Assembly (NCBI GenBank): GCA_965218055.1
Contig: CBDCKA010000002.1
Coordinates: 1,056,695-1,120,694 of the forward strand
DNA length: 64,000 bases
Direction: 5' to 3'
DNA from: Terriglobia bacterium
Lineage (GTDB): Bacteria; Acidobacteriota; Terriglobia; JAJPHL01; JAPKYU01
Of this stretch, positions 40,499 to 51,454 are shown one piece after another (within the stretch, counting starts at the first letter, position 1; each line of letters begins with the position of its first letter). The notes under the pieces were generated by a model. The model did not search any database, had not been told where the DNA came from, and was given only the letters and a program-made list of their open reading frames with translations. Position numbers and translations under genes: made by a program.

Positions 40499-41419
40499 AT
40501 GCTCCTCTCGCCCCGCATGAAGTGGAAACTGGACCGGTACCGCCGCTCCTTGCGGGATCGCTTAGAAAGGCTCAGCTGGCTGATGAAAGCCAGCGCGGTA
40601 AAGCAGAAGGTTTGCCCGGCCTGTCACGCCCTGGTGGGTGCAAGGGAGGCGCGTTGCCCGTACTGCGACGAGTCGCTGTCGGCCGTCCATCGGGTTGGCG
40701 TTCAACGCCTGTTCACCGCACTGGTGCCCGAACGGGCTACTTACACTACGCTGCTGCTTGGGGCGAACTTTTTTCTGTTCGGGATTTCCCTGCTGGCGGC
40801 GTCTCGCAGCGGCGGCGGGCTGGAAGCACTATGGAGCATGCCCGGTCGCACCCTGGTGGAGTTGGGCGCACGCGACTACCACGTAGTAGAAGGTGAGTGG
40901 TGGCGTCTGGCGACCGCCGTCTTCCTGCATGGCAATTTGATCCACCTGCTGTTCAACACTCTGGTTCTGTTCGACCTCGGCCCGGCCGTCGAGGAAATGT
41001 ACGGAGGCGCCCGCTTCCTGGTGCTCTACTTTCTGGCGGGCATTACCGGCAGTCTGGCCAGCTTGTTGTGGCACCCGTTTGCCATCTCGGTTGGCGCATC
41101 AGGCGCCCTGTTCGGTTTGATTGGCGTGATGATCGCCTACGGCTACCGGCACCGTACGTCTCTCGGCGAGCAGGTCAAAACGATGTACGTGCGCTGGGCC
41201 ATCTACGGTCTGTTGTTCGGATTCGTGATTCCCGGAATTGACAATGCCGGTCACATCGGCGGGCTGCTGGCGGGCCTGGCGTTCGGCGCGCTGGTGAGCG
41301 ACACGCCTTTGTTCCAGCGCGGTTCCATTCTGGCCTGGCGGTTTGCCAGTTACGCCGTCCTGTTGACGATTGCCATTTCGTTTCTACTAGTCGGCTGGAA
41401 CTTCGGCCGCCTGGGCTAG
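40499..41419 (+). CDS. rhomboid intramembrane serine protease with N-terminal Zn ribbon
   Basis: WWRL, HLLFN, GASGA, GHIGG; CPAC/CPYC. Confidence 0.9.
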   Translation: MLLSPRMKWKLDRYRRSLRDRLERLSWLMKASAVKQKVCPACHALVGAREARCPYCDESLSAVHRVGVQRLFTALVPERATYTTLLLGANFFLFGISLLAASRSGGGLEALWSMPGRTLVELGARDYHVVEGEWWRLATAVFLHGNLIHLLFNTLVLFDLGPAVEEMYGGARFLVLYFLAGITGSLASLLWHPFAISVGASGALFGLIGVMIAYGYRHRTSLGEQVKTMYVRWAIYGLLFGFVIPGIDNAGHIGGLLAGLAFGALVSDTPLFQRGSILAWRFASYAVLLTIAISFLLVGWNFGRLG

Positions 41420-41454
41420 CCCGGATTTTCTACGTTCGCCGGTTGACTCGAGGT

Positions 41455-42267
41455 TCAAGGCTCCTCCCTGCCCGACCGCTGGGCAGGCCCCTGAACGACA
41501 TCCTCGCGCGGCCGATTGTATCTCCCCTGAAAGTCCATCCAACGTATGCGCCACAGGTCAGCGAACATCCGCGCGCTGGCTTGGAACATGCGGACCTTGG
41601 TGTCTTGATCATGACTCCACCGAACCGGCACCTCAGCAACCCGGTATCCGAACTTGCGCGCCAGGTAGAGCACCTCCACGTCGAAGCCGAAGCCATCAAT
41701 TTGCTGGTGGCCGAAGACGGCGCGCGCCGCCTCGCGCCGGAACAACTTGAAACCGCACTGGGTATCCCGGAAAGGAAGCCTGGTGAAGGTCCGCACAAGC
41801 AGATTAAAAATCCTGCCCGCCGTTTCCCGCATCCGGGACTGGTGCACCGCGATCAGCTCAGGCCGCAGAGCGCGGGACCCAATAGCGACTTCGTGGCCGG
41901 CTTCGAGCGCCTCCAGCAGCCGGTCAGCTTCCTCGATGGGTGCGGCCAGGTCGGTGTCGGTGAATAGCACCAGCTGCCCGGCGGCTTCCAGCATTCCGTG
42001 GCGCACGCTGTAGCCCTTGCCGCGGTTTCCGGGATTGCGCAGCAAGCGGGCAGCTGGCCAGGTCTCGGCCATGCGGGTGACTGCCGCCGCGGTCCCGTCG
42101 CGCGAGCCATCGTCCACCACCAGCACCTCCAGATGGAAACCCTTCGAGGCCGCATAGACGGCGATGGATCCCAGCGCCCGTGGCAGTCGGGTCTCTTCGT
42201 TATAGGCCGGGATGACGATGCTGAGAAACGGCTCAGGCAGTTGGGCCAATTGGGGCTCCTCCTGCAT
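41455..42267 (-). CDS. GT2 dolichyl-phosphate glucosyltransferase-like protein
   Basis: VIPAYNE, DDGS, DTD, DTQCGFKLF. Confidence 0.9.
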   Translation of the reverse strand: MQEEPQLAQLPEPFLSIVIPAYNEETRLPRALGSIAVYAASKGFHLEVLVVDDGSRDGTAAAVTRMAETWPAARLLRNPGNRGKGYSVRHGMLEAAGQLVLFTDTDLAAPIEEADRLLEALEAGHEVAIGSRALRPELIAVHQSRMRETAGRIFNLLVRTFTRLPFRDTQCGFKLFRREAARAVFGHQQIDGFGFDVEVLYLARKFGYRVAEVPVRWSHDQDTKVRMFQASARMFADLWRIRWMDFQGRYNRPREDVVQGPAQRSGREEP

Positions 42268-42327
42268 TATAGCGCGGTGCGGTTCGGCGCCCTGGCGCCG
42301 AGCGTGGATTTCCTATAACCTTTACCC

Positions 42328-42549
42328 ATGAATTGCTGTGATGAAATGCAGCAAGCCCTGGACCGCGAATTCCTGGCGTACGGCTCAATCCAGCACCTGC
42401 CGGGGGGGCGGGTGCTCAATGAAATCGATTCGGAGTACTTCCTGCGCAACGCCGAGGAAGGCCGCGTCTCTTACCTGGCGGTCAATTACTGCCCGTTCTG
42501 CGGCCGGGCGATCTCGCGCGGTCTCTGGATCGCGGAAAAGAAAAAGTAG
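42328..42549 (+). CDS. small Cys-containing hypothetical protein
   Basis: MNCC...NYCPFCG. Confidence 0.6.
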   Translation: MNCCDEMQQALDREFLAYGSIQHLPGGRVLNEIDSEYFLRNAEEGRVSYLAVNYCPFCGRAISRGLWIAEKKK

Positions 42550-42589
42550 CGGCGGACTGTAGCCTGAGAGTGTGGCCGGCTTCGGGCAA

Positions 42590-43117
42590 TCACGTCTGGG
42601 TGCTCAGCTCCCGGAAGAACACAAGCAGTGCGGGATCACGCCAGTCGGCGGGGCCAACCAACTTCCGCAACAGCCGCCCCTGCCGGTCCAGGATGTAGGT
42701 TTCCGGGTACATATAGGTCTTGTAGAGGGTGGCGGCTTGGCGGCGGGGGTCGCGCAGGATGACCATCTCCAGTTGATGGTCGGTCACGAACCGGCGCAGG
42801 GCCTGCTCATCATCGTCCACGCTGACCGCGACCACCACCACTCCCCGGGAAGCAAAAATCCGCGCGAAGCTGTTGAGTGACGGCATCTCCTCGACGCAAG
42901 GGGGACACCAGGTGGCCCAGAAATTCAACACCACCACCTTGCCCCTGTACATCGAAAGCTGAACTTGTTGCCCTTGGAGGTTTGACAGCTCGAAGTCAGG
43001 CGTAACTTCTCCCACTGCCGGCGGAGCATCGCCGGGTTGCAGGATGACAAAAATGAACGCGCCCACCAGTACCACCAGGAGAGCGCGCGCCACGGTCTGG
43101 GGCTGAAGGAAAATCAT
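42590..43117 (-). CDS. TlpA/ResA disulfide reductase
   Basis: LNFWATWCPPC, YPETY. Confidence 0.9.
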   Translation of the reverse strand: MIFLQPQTVARALLVVLVGAFIFVILQPGDAPPAVGEVTPDFELSNLQGQQVQLSMYRGKVVVLNFWATWCPPCVEEMPSLNSFARIFASRGVVVVAVSVDDDEQALRRFVTDHQLEMVILRDPRRQAATLYKTYMYPETYILDRQGRLLRKLVGPADWRDPALLVFFRELSTQT

Positions 43118-43268
43118 TCCCTCCCGAATGCTGACTGCCCGCCTTGCGGGCGGTATATAATGACAGTTTGCAGTGCAGAACCAGTTTACAACACGGGACC
43201 GGGAACAAGCCCGCATCCGTTCCTCGAGCGGGGTCTCCTTGCAAACGGGCCCGTGAAATGAGACATCT

Positions 43269-43892
43269 ATGACGAACTCCCCATTGAAAACACCAGCAGG
43301 GAGCGTAGCCGCCGTAGCCACTCCCGACACGCAGTCGTTGCAGGATCTGGTGCGCGAACTGCTGATCCGGCTGGGGGAAGACCCGGAGCGGGACGGTCTA
43401 CGAGACACGCCCAGACGCGTCGAGCAGGCGCTGCGCTTCCTCACCGAGGGCTACCGGAAGAGCCTGGAGGATACGCTGAACGGAGCGCTGTATAGCGTCA
43501 CCTACGACGAAATGGTCATCGTGAAGGACATCGAGGTGTTCAGCCTGTGCGAACACCACCTGCTGCCTTTCTTTGGCAAGGCCCATGTGGCCTACATCCC
43601 CAACAAGCAGGTGATCGGGTTGAGCAAGATCCCTCGCCTGGTAGACATTTTTGCCCAACGTCTCCAAATTCAGGAGCGGCTTACCATGCAGATTGCGCGG
43701 GCCATCGAGGAAAAAATTCAGCCGCAAGGGGTGGGGGTGGTGATGGAAGCACGTCACCTCTGCATGATGATGCGCGGCGTGGAAAAGCAGCATTCCCAAG
43801 CCGTCACCAGCGCCATGCTCGGCTCGTTCCGGGAGAAGAAGCAGACCCGGGACGAGTTCCTGGCCCTGGTCCAGCGCGGCAACAATGGCTGA
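43269..43892 (+). CDS. folE: GTP cyclohydrolase I
   Basis: [27 protein letters not shown]. Confidence 0.95.
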   Translation: MTNSPLKTPAGSVAAVATPDTQSLQDLVRELLIRLGEDPERDGLRDTPRRVEQALRFLTEGYRKSLEDTLNGALYSVTYDEMVIVKDIEVFSLCEHHLLPFFGKAHVAYIPNKQVIGLSKIPRLVDIFAQRLQIQERLTMQIARAIEEKIQPQGVGVVMEARHLCMMMRGVEKQHSQAVTSAMLGSFREKKQTRDEFLALVQRGNNG

Positions 43893-43959
43893 GCGCGCCG
43901 AGCCCGCAAGGGGCTGTCATGAACCGGCGGCAGAAAGCCAGTACCGTGGCCGTCCAATT

Positions 43960-44053
43960 CCCTTCAATATAGACCGGCTTCGCCGCGAGCGCCTGGCGCG
44001 CGTCAAGAGCCTTCTTCAAGGTTCTGAACTGGGTGCGCTGCTGTGTTTCGATC
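43960..44053 (+). pseudogene. M24 peptidase N-terminal fragment
   Basis: DRLRRERLARVKSLLQGSELGALLCFD with no continuation. Confidence 0.5.
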
Positions 44054-44099
44054 GGACAGCCCCAAGGCCTGCCCGAGTCAAACCAACAACTGGGGGTTC

Positions 44100-44585
44100 A
44101 TGATGAAGGTTCGCAAATTGCAGATTTGTGTCATTGTCAAGGAGCTTCATGCTGCCATGGAGAAATACCAGCGTCTGTTTGGCATCGGGCCATTTTCCGT
44201 CTACACGGTGGACGCCAAAGATTTGGCGGGAGTAACCTATCGCGGACGGCCTGCGAATTATCGCTTGCAGGTCGGCATCGCCCCGTTCGCTGGTGGCCTG
44301 ATCGAATTGCTGGAGCCGCAAGGTGGCGAGAGCATTTTCAAGGAGTTTCTCGATCGCCATGGCGAAGGCGTCCAGCACATCGGCCTAGTGGTCGACGGAG
44401 ACTACAGGGCTGCGTTCCAAGAGATGCTCGACCATGGATATAAGCATTCCCAGGGCGGTCCGATTGAAGGTTTAAACCGGAACGGCGCCTTCGACTACTT
44501 CGACACAGCGCACGAGCTGGGAACCACTTTCGAGCTGCTGGACTTCCCCGAGCAACCGGCGGCGAGTACGAACCTGGAGGTGTGA
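44100..44585 (+). CDS. VOC/glyoxalase family protein (methylmalonyl-CoA epimerase-like)
   Basis: QICVIV, IELLEP, GEGVQHIG, YFDT. Confidence 0.85.
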   Translation: MMKVRKLQICVIVKELHAAMEKYQRLFGIGPFSVYTVDAKDLAGVTYRGRPANYRLQVGIAPFAGGLIELLEPQGGESIFKEFLDRHGEGVQHIGLVVDGDYRAAFQEMLDHGYKHSQGGPIEGLNRNGAFDYFDTAHELGTTFELLDFPEQPAASTNLEV

Positions 44586-44647
44586 GGTCCGACCGCCCAA
44601 ACAGCAAGCAGCCTGCCTTCGCCACACCCGAAAACGCGGAAGAACAT

Positions 44648-44844
44648 TCAATCTTTCTTGCGGATCTGGAGGTCCAGCTCGCGGAGCTGGGCGTCGCTGA
44701 TCGGGGTGGGCGCGTCCACCATGAGGTCCACGGCGCGCGCCGTTTTCGGGAAAGGAATCACCTCGCGGATCGAGGTCTCGCCTGCCAATAGCATCACCAC
44801 CCGATCCAGCCCCAGCGCCATGCCACCGTGGGGCGGCGTCCCGT
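44648..44844 (-). pseudogene. diverged duplicate of the aspS 3' end
   Basis: 197-bp colinear match to 45202-45398. Confidence 0.9.
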
Positions 44845-44874
44845 GGCGTGGCTACCCATTTACTGACGCTCATA

Positions 44875-45177
44875 CTACGTCGAAGGCGCCACGAATTGCT
44901 TTGCCAATACAATTGATCCGTTTTTCGTCGAACTAAGCCGGACCTGTTTCACCGGGCCATAGTCCGCATCGTTATACCAGTTGCGAGCCGCCTTCTCCGA
45001 ATCGAACTTCAGAACCACATTCACCCCTGGAGCCCGTCCTTCCAGAGGTTCAGCTTCAAAGTCAGCGACCAGAATTTCAGCGCCGTGTTTCTGAAGCAGC
45101 GGCATGACGCCGGGGACGTAGCTCTCATAGCCCTTGGGGTCGACGATGTCATAGGTGGCGATTACGTAAACGGACAT
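44875..45177 (-). CDS. DUF1330 domain protein
   Basis: AGGAGG RBS; PLEG, VLKFDSEKAARNWY. Confidence 0.85.
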   Translation of the reverse strand: MSVYVIATYDIVDPKGYESYVPGVMPLLQKHGAEILVADFEAEPLEGRAPGVNVVLKFDSEKAARNWYNDADYGPVKQVRLSSTKNGSIVLAKQFVAPST

Positions 45178-45201
45178 GCTTGAATCCTCCTATTGTTAAC
45201 T

Positions 45202-47046
45202 TCAATCTTTCTTGCGGATCTGGAGGCCCAGCTCGCGGAGCTGTGCGTCGCTGATGGGAGTGGGCGCGTCCACCATCAGATCCACGGCGCGCGCCGTTTT
45301 CGGGAAAGCAATGACCTCGCGGATCGAGGTCTCCCCTACCAATAGCATCACCAGCCGATCCAGACCCAGCGCCATGCCGCCGTGGGGCGGCGTTCCGTAC
45401 TCCAGCGCTTCCAAAAAAAAGCCGAAGCGCGCGCGCGCTTCCTCTTCACTGAAGCCCAGCGCGCGAAACACTTGCGATTGCACGTCGCGCCGGTGAATTC
45501 GGATGGAGCCAGAGCCCACTTCGGTGCCATTCAACACCAGGTCATAGGCGCGGGAGCGCACTGCGCCTGGAGCGCTTTCCAGCCGGTCCAGGTCTTCCTC
45601 GTGAGGCGAGGTGAAGGGGTGATGCGCCGCCACCCAGCGTCGATCCTGCTCGCTCCATTCAAACATGGGAAAGTCGGTGACCCACAGGAAGCGGAAATCG
45701 CGCGCGTTCAGCAGCCGGTGACGTTCGTTGTACTTTTGTCCCAGATGCAGGCGCAGGGCGCCGGCAGCGTTGAAGATGGGGGTGTCGTGCGGGGTCACGG
45801 CCGGACCCGACGGAGGAACCTCCTCGTGGCGCGCCCCCAGGGCCAGCGGCCCAGCCACAATGGGGATCAGGTCCCCCACCTCGGCGGCGACGGCTTCGGC
45901 AATGCGGCGTGCCGCTTCCGGCAGGCTCCGGGTCAGGGAGCCTTCCAGTCCGTCGCCCAACAGGCGGAGGTCGGCAAAGCCGCGCGCGTTCCGCTCGGCG
46001 ATGAACTGGTCAATCTCCTCCCGCTCCTTTCGCGACAGGCTGGCGCATTGAGGCACGCGGAACGCCACCAGCGGCAATTCCGGGTTCAGGCGCAGCTTGG
46101 CGGTCTCCTCGGGGGCGAGCAGGTGTTTGACGCCCACCAGCGGCGGCAGGCGCAAGTCGGGTTTGTCGCTGCCGTAGAGGCGGATGGCCTCGTCGTATCT
46201 CAGGCGCGGGAATGGCCGGGGCGCTTGCACACCGGCCAGTGTGGCCAGACGCAGCATCAGCGGCTCGACCAGATCAAAGAGGCGGTCCTGCTGCGTGAAG
46301 GCCATCTCGATGTCGAGCTGGGTGAACTCGGGCTGGCGGTCGGCGCGCAGGTCTTCGTCGCGGAAGCACCGCACGATTTGGAAGTAGCGGTCCAGGCCGG
46401 CGATCATCAGAATCTGCTTGAACAACTGGGGCGACTGCGGCAGCGCGTAGAACGAGCCGGGCTGGATGCGGCTGGGGACCAGGTAATCGCGCGCTCCCTC
46501 GGGAGTCGAGCGGGTCATGAACGGAGTTTCGATTTCGAAAAAACCCTCGTCGGTCATATACCGGCGAATCTCAAAGCAGATGCGGTGACGCAACGCGAGG
46601 TTGGCCTGCATGCCCGGCCGCCGCAGGTCGAGAAAGCGGTAGCGCAGGCGGGTCTCTTCCTGAACCGCAGCGTCGTCTTCGATGGGGAATGGCGGGGTGC
46701 GGGCATCATTCAGCACAAGGAGTTGCTCGGCGAGCAACTCCACCATTCCCGTGGCCAGTTCTGGGTTGACGGTGTTCGGGTCGCGCTCGACTACCTGCCC
46801 CCTCACGGCCACCACAAACTCGCGGCCCAGCTCGCTGGCGAGCTGGTGGGCCTGGGGGTGAAGGTCACGATTGAAGACGACCTGGGTGATGCCGGTGCGG
46901 TCGCGCAGATCAATGAAGATCAGGCTGCCCAGGTCGCGCTGCCGCGCGACCCAGCCCATCAACACCGCCGTTTGCCCGGCGTGCTGAGGACGCAGCTCGT
47001 CGCACATGTGGGTGCGGCGCAGGTCGCCCAGGAAATCGAGTTTCAT
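45202..47046 (-). CDS. aspS: aspartate--tRNA ligase
   Basis: [36 protein letters not shown]. Confidence 0.97.
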   Translation of the reverse strand: MKLDFLGDLRRTHMCDELRPQHAGQTAVLMGWVARQRDLGSLIFIDLRDRTGITQVVFNRDLHPQAHQLASELGREFVVAVRGQVVERDPNTVNPELATGMVELLAEQLLVLNDARTPPFPIEDDAAVQEETRLRYRFLDLRRPGMQANLALRHRICFEIRRYMTDEGFFEIETPFMTRSTPEGARDYLVPSRIQPGSFYALPQSPQLFKQILMIAGLDRYFQIVRCFRDEDLRADRQPEFTQLDIEMAFTQQDRLFDLVEPLMLRLATLAGVQAPRPFPRLRYDEAIRLYGSDKPDLRLPPLVGVKHLLAPEETAKLRLNPELPLVAFRVPQCASLSRKEREEIDQFIAERNARGFADLRLLGDGLEGSLTRSLPEAARRIAEAVAAEVGDLIPIVAGPLALGARHEEVPPSGPAVTPHDTPIFNAAGALRLHLGQKYNERHRLLNARDFRFLWVTDFPMFEWSEQDRRWVAAHHPFTSPHEEDLDRLESAPGAVRSRAYDLVLNGTEVGSGSIRIHRRDVQSQVFRALGFSEEEARARFGFFLEALEYGTPPHGGMALGLDRLVMLLVGETSIREVIAFPKTARAVDLMVDAPTPISDAQLRELGLQIRKKD

Positions 47047-48365
47047 TGGTCCTTCGCGCGTGGCGGGGTGCCGCGGCGCTGCGGGAGCGCCAGCTCCTCC
47101 AGCAGCTCAGCTTTGCTCAGCTCCCGCTGTTTGCCCCGGGCCAGATCCTTCAGCGGGTAGCGGCCTTGCCGGATTTCGTTTTCCCCCACGATCAAGGCGA
47201 ACCGCGCCTTCTGCTTGCTGGCCAGCTCCAGGGCGCGGCGCAGCTTCAAGGCTTCCGGTTGCAACTCAACGACCAGCCCGCACGCCCGCAGGTCGTGGGC
47301 CAGCTCGGCGGCGTGGCGATAGGCGGGCTCGACCGGGCTGGCCGGGGCTGCAGCGGCTCCGGACTCTGAAATCCAGGCCACGTACACGTCGAGTGCCGGC
47401 CCCGGTATCTCTACCCCCGAAGCCGCCAGGGCCAGCACAAGCCGGTCCTCCCCGATGGAGAAGCCGATTCCGGGCGCTTTCGGTCCGTCCAGCGCCTCCG
47501 AGAGGCCATCATAGCGGCCGCCGCCCAGCACCGCGTCCTGGGCGCCCAGGCCGCGATGCACAAACTCAAAGGTGGTACGCGTGTAGTAGTCCAGACCGCG
47601 CACCATGCGCGGGACGACGGTGTATGCCACGCGCCGATCCTCGAGAGCTTGCTGGAGAGCTTGGAAGTGCTCGCGGCAGGGGTTGCAGAGCGAGTCCGTC
47701 ACCGCCGGCAGCTTCTCAATGATGGGCTGGTCGGCGGGCACCTTGCAGTCCAGGACGCGCAGGGGGTTGGTGACGGCGCGGCGCTGGCAGTCGCCACACA
47801 TTTCACCGCGCACCTCCGCCAGCTCCTGCTGCAGGCGCTCGAGGTAGCGCGGGCGGCACGACTCGTCTCCAATCGAGTTCAGCCGCAACTCGCAGTCCTC
47901 GAGCCCGGCACGGTCCAGCAGCTCCACCAGCATTTCCAGCATCTCGGCATCCACCGCCGGGCTTTCCGAGCCAATGGCCTCGGCGCCGATTTGCGAGAAC
48001 TGCCGGTAGCGGCCTTTTTGCGGCCGCTCCCGCCGGAACATCGGCCCCATGTAGTAGAGCTTGGTCAATCCGGGGCGCTGCCACATACGGTGCTCGATGT
48101 AGGCGCGGACCACCGACGCGGTGGCTTCCGGTCGCAGCGTCAGTGAGCTGCCGTCGCGGTCCTCGAAGGTGTACATCTCTTTGCGGACGATGTCGGTCTC
48201 CTCGCCTACGCTGCGGGCAAACAACTGCGTCTCTTCAAACAAGGGAGTGCGGATTTCCCCATAGTTGTAGCTGGCAAACAGGTCGCGGGCGAGCGCCTCC
48301 AACCGGTTCCACAACGCGGTTTCCGGCGGCAGGATGTCGCGAGTGCCTTTGACGGCGCGGATCAT
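47043..48365 (-). CDS. hisS: histidine--tRNA ligase
   Basis: [33 protein letters not shown]. Confidence 0.97.
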   Translation of the reverse strand: MIRAVKGTRDILPPETALWNRLEALARDLFASYNYGEIRTPLFEETQLFARSVGEETDIVRKEMYTFEDRDGSSLTLRPEATASVVRAYIEHRMWQRPGLTKLYYMGPMFRRERPQKGRYRQFSQIGAEAIGSESPAVDAEMLEMLVELLDRAGLEDCELRLNSIGDESCRPRYLERLQQELAEVRGEMCGDCQRRAVTNPLRVLDCKVPADQPIIEKLPAVTDSLCNPCREHFQALQQALEDRRVAYTVVPRMVRGLDYYTRTTFEFVHRGLGAQDAVLGGGRYDGLSEALDGPKAPGIGFSIGEDRLVLALAASGVEIPGPALDVYVAWISESGAAAAPASPVEPAYRHAAELAHDLRACGLVVELQPEALKLRRALELASKQKARFALIVGENEIRQGRYPLKDLARGKQRELSKAELLEELALPQRRGTPPRAKDQ

Positions 48366-48402
48366 GGGTCTTCAGTGTTTGTCGCCGACGCCTTGCTTTG
48401 CT

Positions 48403-48963
48403 TTACTTTTGGCCACCGGATTCGGCCAGACCGTCACGTTTGGCCAGATTGGCACATTCAGCCACATAGGCGGCGGCGTATTCCACGTAATTGGACGCGT
48501 AGCGGCGGATCTCCTGGAGGTCCTCCGGACCCAACTGGCGCCGAAACTTGGCCGGGGCCCCCAGGAAAAGGCTGTTGGGCGGCACCACGGCGCCTTCGGT
48601 CACCACGGCGCCGGCGCCGATGATCGAACCGGAGCCGACGCGCGCCCCATTCAACACGATGGCGCCCATCCCAATCAGGCAATCGGATTCGATGCTGCAG
48701 CCATGCAGGGTGGCGCCGTGGCCTACGGTGACCCGGTCGCCCACCAGCAGCGGGTGGAGGTCCTTCATCACGTGCAACACCGAGCTATCCTGGATGTTGG
48801 TTTCGGCGCCGATGCGGATGTAGTGGACATCGCCCCGAATCACCACGCCCATCCAGACGCTGGAGCGCTCGCCGATCTCCACGTCGCCGATCACCTGCGC
48901 GCTCTCGTCAATGTAGACGTTGGGGGCGATACGCGGCAGTGTTCCGCGGAAGCTACGGACCAT
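48403..48963 (-). CDS. gamma carbonic anhydrase family protein
   Basis: hexapeptide repeats; RGDV, NIQD, GH..LHGC. Confidence 0.9.
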   Translation of the reverse strand: MVRSFRGTLPRIAPNVYIDESAQVIGDVEIGERSSVWMGVVIRGDVHYIRIGAETNIQDSSVLHVMKDLHPLLVGDRVTVGHGATLHGCSIESDCLIGMGAIVLNGARVGSGSIIGAGAVVTEGAVVPPNSLFLGAPAKFRRQLGPEDLQEIRRYASNYVEYAAAYVAECANLAKRDGLAESGGQK

Positions 48964-49283
48964 GGGTCTCCCCGTTGGTAAAATTCATGGAGAACAGGAT
49001 AAGCGAGAAACCTAACACAGGGGGCAGAGGCAGGCAAGCCGCCCGGACTTCGGAATGCGGCGGCCTGGTTCTCTTCGCTCGGAATGACCAGCTTCCACAT
49101 TTTCAGCACCGCCCCAGAACCTGGCCCTAGAACAGAGCTTTTACAGGCCGCCCATGCGGCCAATCCTTGCTGGTTTGCGCAATTGGACCAGATCTCTTGA
49201 ATTGCAGTACACTTGATTAGAAGAGTGGGACCCGATTGGGGGTCAGAGTAGGTGTTGGCGACACAAGCTTTGTAGAGTAGCCC

Positions 49284-50393
49284 ATGTCATTTCGCGTGCT
49301 GATTCTGGTCTTGTTCCTTACCTTGCCAGCCGACTGGGCGGTGGCCGCTCAGGACGTCTGGAAGGGAGTGGGGAGGATCGTGGCGATCGGGGACGTCCAT
49401 GGAGACTATGACCAGTTTGTCGCTCTGCTTGACTCAGCCGGCCTCATCAACGCGAACCACGACTGGACCGGGGGAAAGACCCATCTGGTACAGACCGGCG
49501 ACGTCCTCGATCGGGGACCGCAGTCGCGCAAGGTAATGGACCTGTTGATGCGGTTGGAAGTGCAGGCCCGGAAGGCCGGGGGCTATGTGCACGCCCTGAT
49601 CGGTAATCACGAGGCGATGAATATCTACGGCGATCATCGCTATGTTTCACCGCAGGAGTATGCCGCATTTCGTGATGAAAAGTCGGAAAAGACGCGCGAT
49701 CACTTCTATAAACAGCATATTAAGGAGTTGAAGGGATCCCCTCCGCCCGAACGCAAAGAGTGGGAGTCTCGGCATCCGCTGGGATATTTCGAGCACCGTT
49801 ACCATTTCGGGCCCAACGGGAAATACGGAAAGTGGATTCGGCGTCACAACACCGTGATTAAGATTAACGACACGATCTTTTTGCACGGCGGGATCAGCCC
49901 GAAATACGCAAACCATTCCATCCGCCGAATCAATGACCGGGTTCGCAAGGAACTCAAAGACATGAGGAAGCTCCGGGGTGGAATCGTGACGGATGAGGAA
50001 GGGCCCTTGTGGTACAGGGGACTGGCGCGAACAGCTGAGAAGGACCTGGAGTCCCATCTGGAGACGGTCCTTAGTAACTACGGTTGCGAGAGAATCGTCG
50101 TGGCCCACGCGAAAGTGCCCGGGGCGGTCATGCCCCGATTTGGAGGTCGCGTCATCTTGATCGAGGTAGGCATGTCGGCACCCAATGGCGGGCGCCTGGC
50201 CTGTTTGCTGATTGAGAAGAACCGAGCCTACGCCTTGCACCGGGGGAAGAAGCTCGAGCTGCCAAAGGATTCCGGCACAGGCTTGCTCAACTACCTAAAA
50301 CGGGCCGCCGCCTTGGACCCGGCACCCTCGCCGCTGCAAGCAACGATTCGGCAGCTTGAAGCCCAGTTGGCCGTCCCCGCCGCAAACCAGTAG
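49284..50393 (+). CDS. secreted metallophosphoesterase (Shewanella-like PPP phosphatase)
   Basis: signal peptide; GDVHG, GDVLDRG, GNHE, HGG, GPLWYRG. Confidence 0.88.
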   Translation: MSFRVLILVLFLTLPADWAVAAQDVWKGVGRIVAIGDVHGDYDQFVALLDSAGLINANHDWTGGKTHLVQTGDVLDRGPQSRKVMDLLMRLEVQARKAGGYVHALIGNHEAMNIYGDHRYVSPQEYAAFRDEKSEKTRDHFYKQHIKELKGSPPPERKEWESRHPLGYFEHRYHFGPNGKYGKWIRRHNTVIKINDTIFLHGGISPKYANHSIRRINDRVRKELKDMRKLRGGIVTDEEGPLWYRGLARTAEKDLESHLETVLSNYGCERIVVAHAKVPGAVMPRFGGRVILIEVGMSAPNGGRLACLLIEKNRAYALHRGKKLELPKDSGTGLLNYLKRAAALDPAPSPLQATIRQLEAQLAVPAANQ

Positions 50394-50419
50394 CCAATCC
50401 AGCCTGGCTCCCATCAGGG

Positions 50420-51259
50420 TCACTGCCGTGGCGGGGAGTCGAAAAGAACGGCGTGCTCACCCTTTTGGGCAACGGCCTTGTCGAAAAACTCGACGATCCG
50501 ATCGCGCCGCGCCAGCAATGCCTTAATCTGCGCCTTACTGAGATAGGGACGAAGTTCCCTGGCCAGCACTTCGTAGTTTAACTTGCGCATCGCGGCCAGC
50601 AGCCGCCGGTCGCATTTGACCAAGTCTCCCGGAGTTTTCAGTGTCTTGTGAAGGCGGAATGCACGGGTGTGATCGATCATCCAAATCTGCCAGTCGTTCG
50701 TGATCAACACGTTGCCGAAACTCCGATCGGTGTTGTAAATCAACTCGTCAAACACTCGCCAGCAGAACACCTGCTTGTTCAAGTTCGATCGCTGCGCGTG
50801 CGGCACTTGGGTTTTTTCATTCCACTGCTTCTGGGTCATCAGTAGCACGTCATCGACCCACCAGGTGACTGCCGCGAAGTCCCCGGCGACCGTCCGCTCC
50901 ACCGACACCGGCACCATCCCCAAGCCCAAAAGCTTATCCAGCCGGTAGGCGGCGATGTTGTACTTATAACTGTCAGTAAAGTTAATTTCTTTGCCCAGCG
51001 GAGTTGGGTAGATGACCTTGTAGATATCTACTGGCTGGATTTGAGCGTCGTGCGTCGTTCGCCCATCCGCTAGCGTGGCCCTGGAAGGGCGCGTGGACCC
51101 GCTGGTCTCGCGCTTCTTTTTGATGCGCGCCGTCCGCAAGAACTCCTCCTGTTGCTCCTGGGTAAGCGTATCCCGGCTGGGTGGCGTCTGGGCAAAGCCG
51201 AGCGCCGTTAGGCTCAACACAAGACTCAAGGCCAAGCAATTTCTAGATAACCTGTTCAT
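50420..51259 (-). CDS. secreted atypical kinase-like protein (FAM20C/PI4K-like fold)
   Basis: signal peptide; IAAYRLDKLLGLGMVPVSVER, FDELIYNTDRSFGN, IDHTRAF. Confidence 0.7.
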   Translation of the reverse strand: MNRLSRNCLALSLVLSLTALGFAQTPPSRDTLTQEQQEEFLRTARIKKKRETSGSTRPSRATLADGRTTHDAQIQPVDIYKVIYPTPLGKEINFTDSYKYNIAAYRLDKLLGLGMVPVSVERTVAGDFAAVTWWVDDVLLMTQKQWNEKTQVPHAQRSNLNKQVFCWRVFDELIYNTDRSFGNVLITNDWQIWMIDHTRAFRLHKTLKTPGDLVKCDRRLLAAMRKLNYEVLARELRPYLSKAQIKALLARRDRIVEFFDKAVAQKGEHAVLFDSPPRQ

Positions 51260-51277
51260 GACGTTTCCCTCCGTTCG

Positions 51278-51407
51278 TTGCCTGGAGAAAGCCTACGCGG
51301 AGCGCGTCCCCACCATGGCTCATCTCAGGGCAGAACCGAGTTGGGACGACCTGCGCGGCGACCCGCGCTTCCAGGACCTGCTGCGCCGCATGAACCTCCC
51401 ACAGTAA
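51278..51407 (+). pseudogene. C-terminal fragment of a TPR-containing kinase/regulator-type protein
   Basis: LEKAYAER...EPSWDDLRGDPRFQDLLRRMNLP*. Confidence 0.6.
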
Positions 51408-51454
51408 GCCTGAGACTCCCTCCGGTGCCCGGAATTCTCGGCCTATTATTTGGT

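Noticed and set aside
45382-47160. 592-aa + strand ORF
   Set aside because: Antisense shadow of aspS
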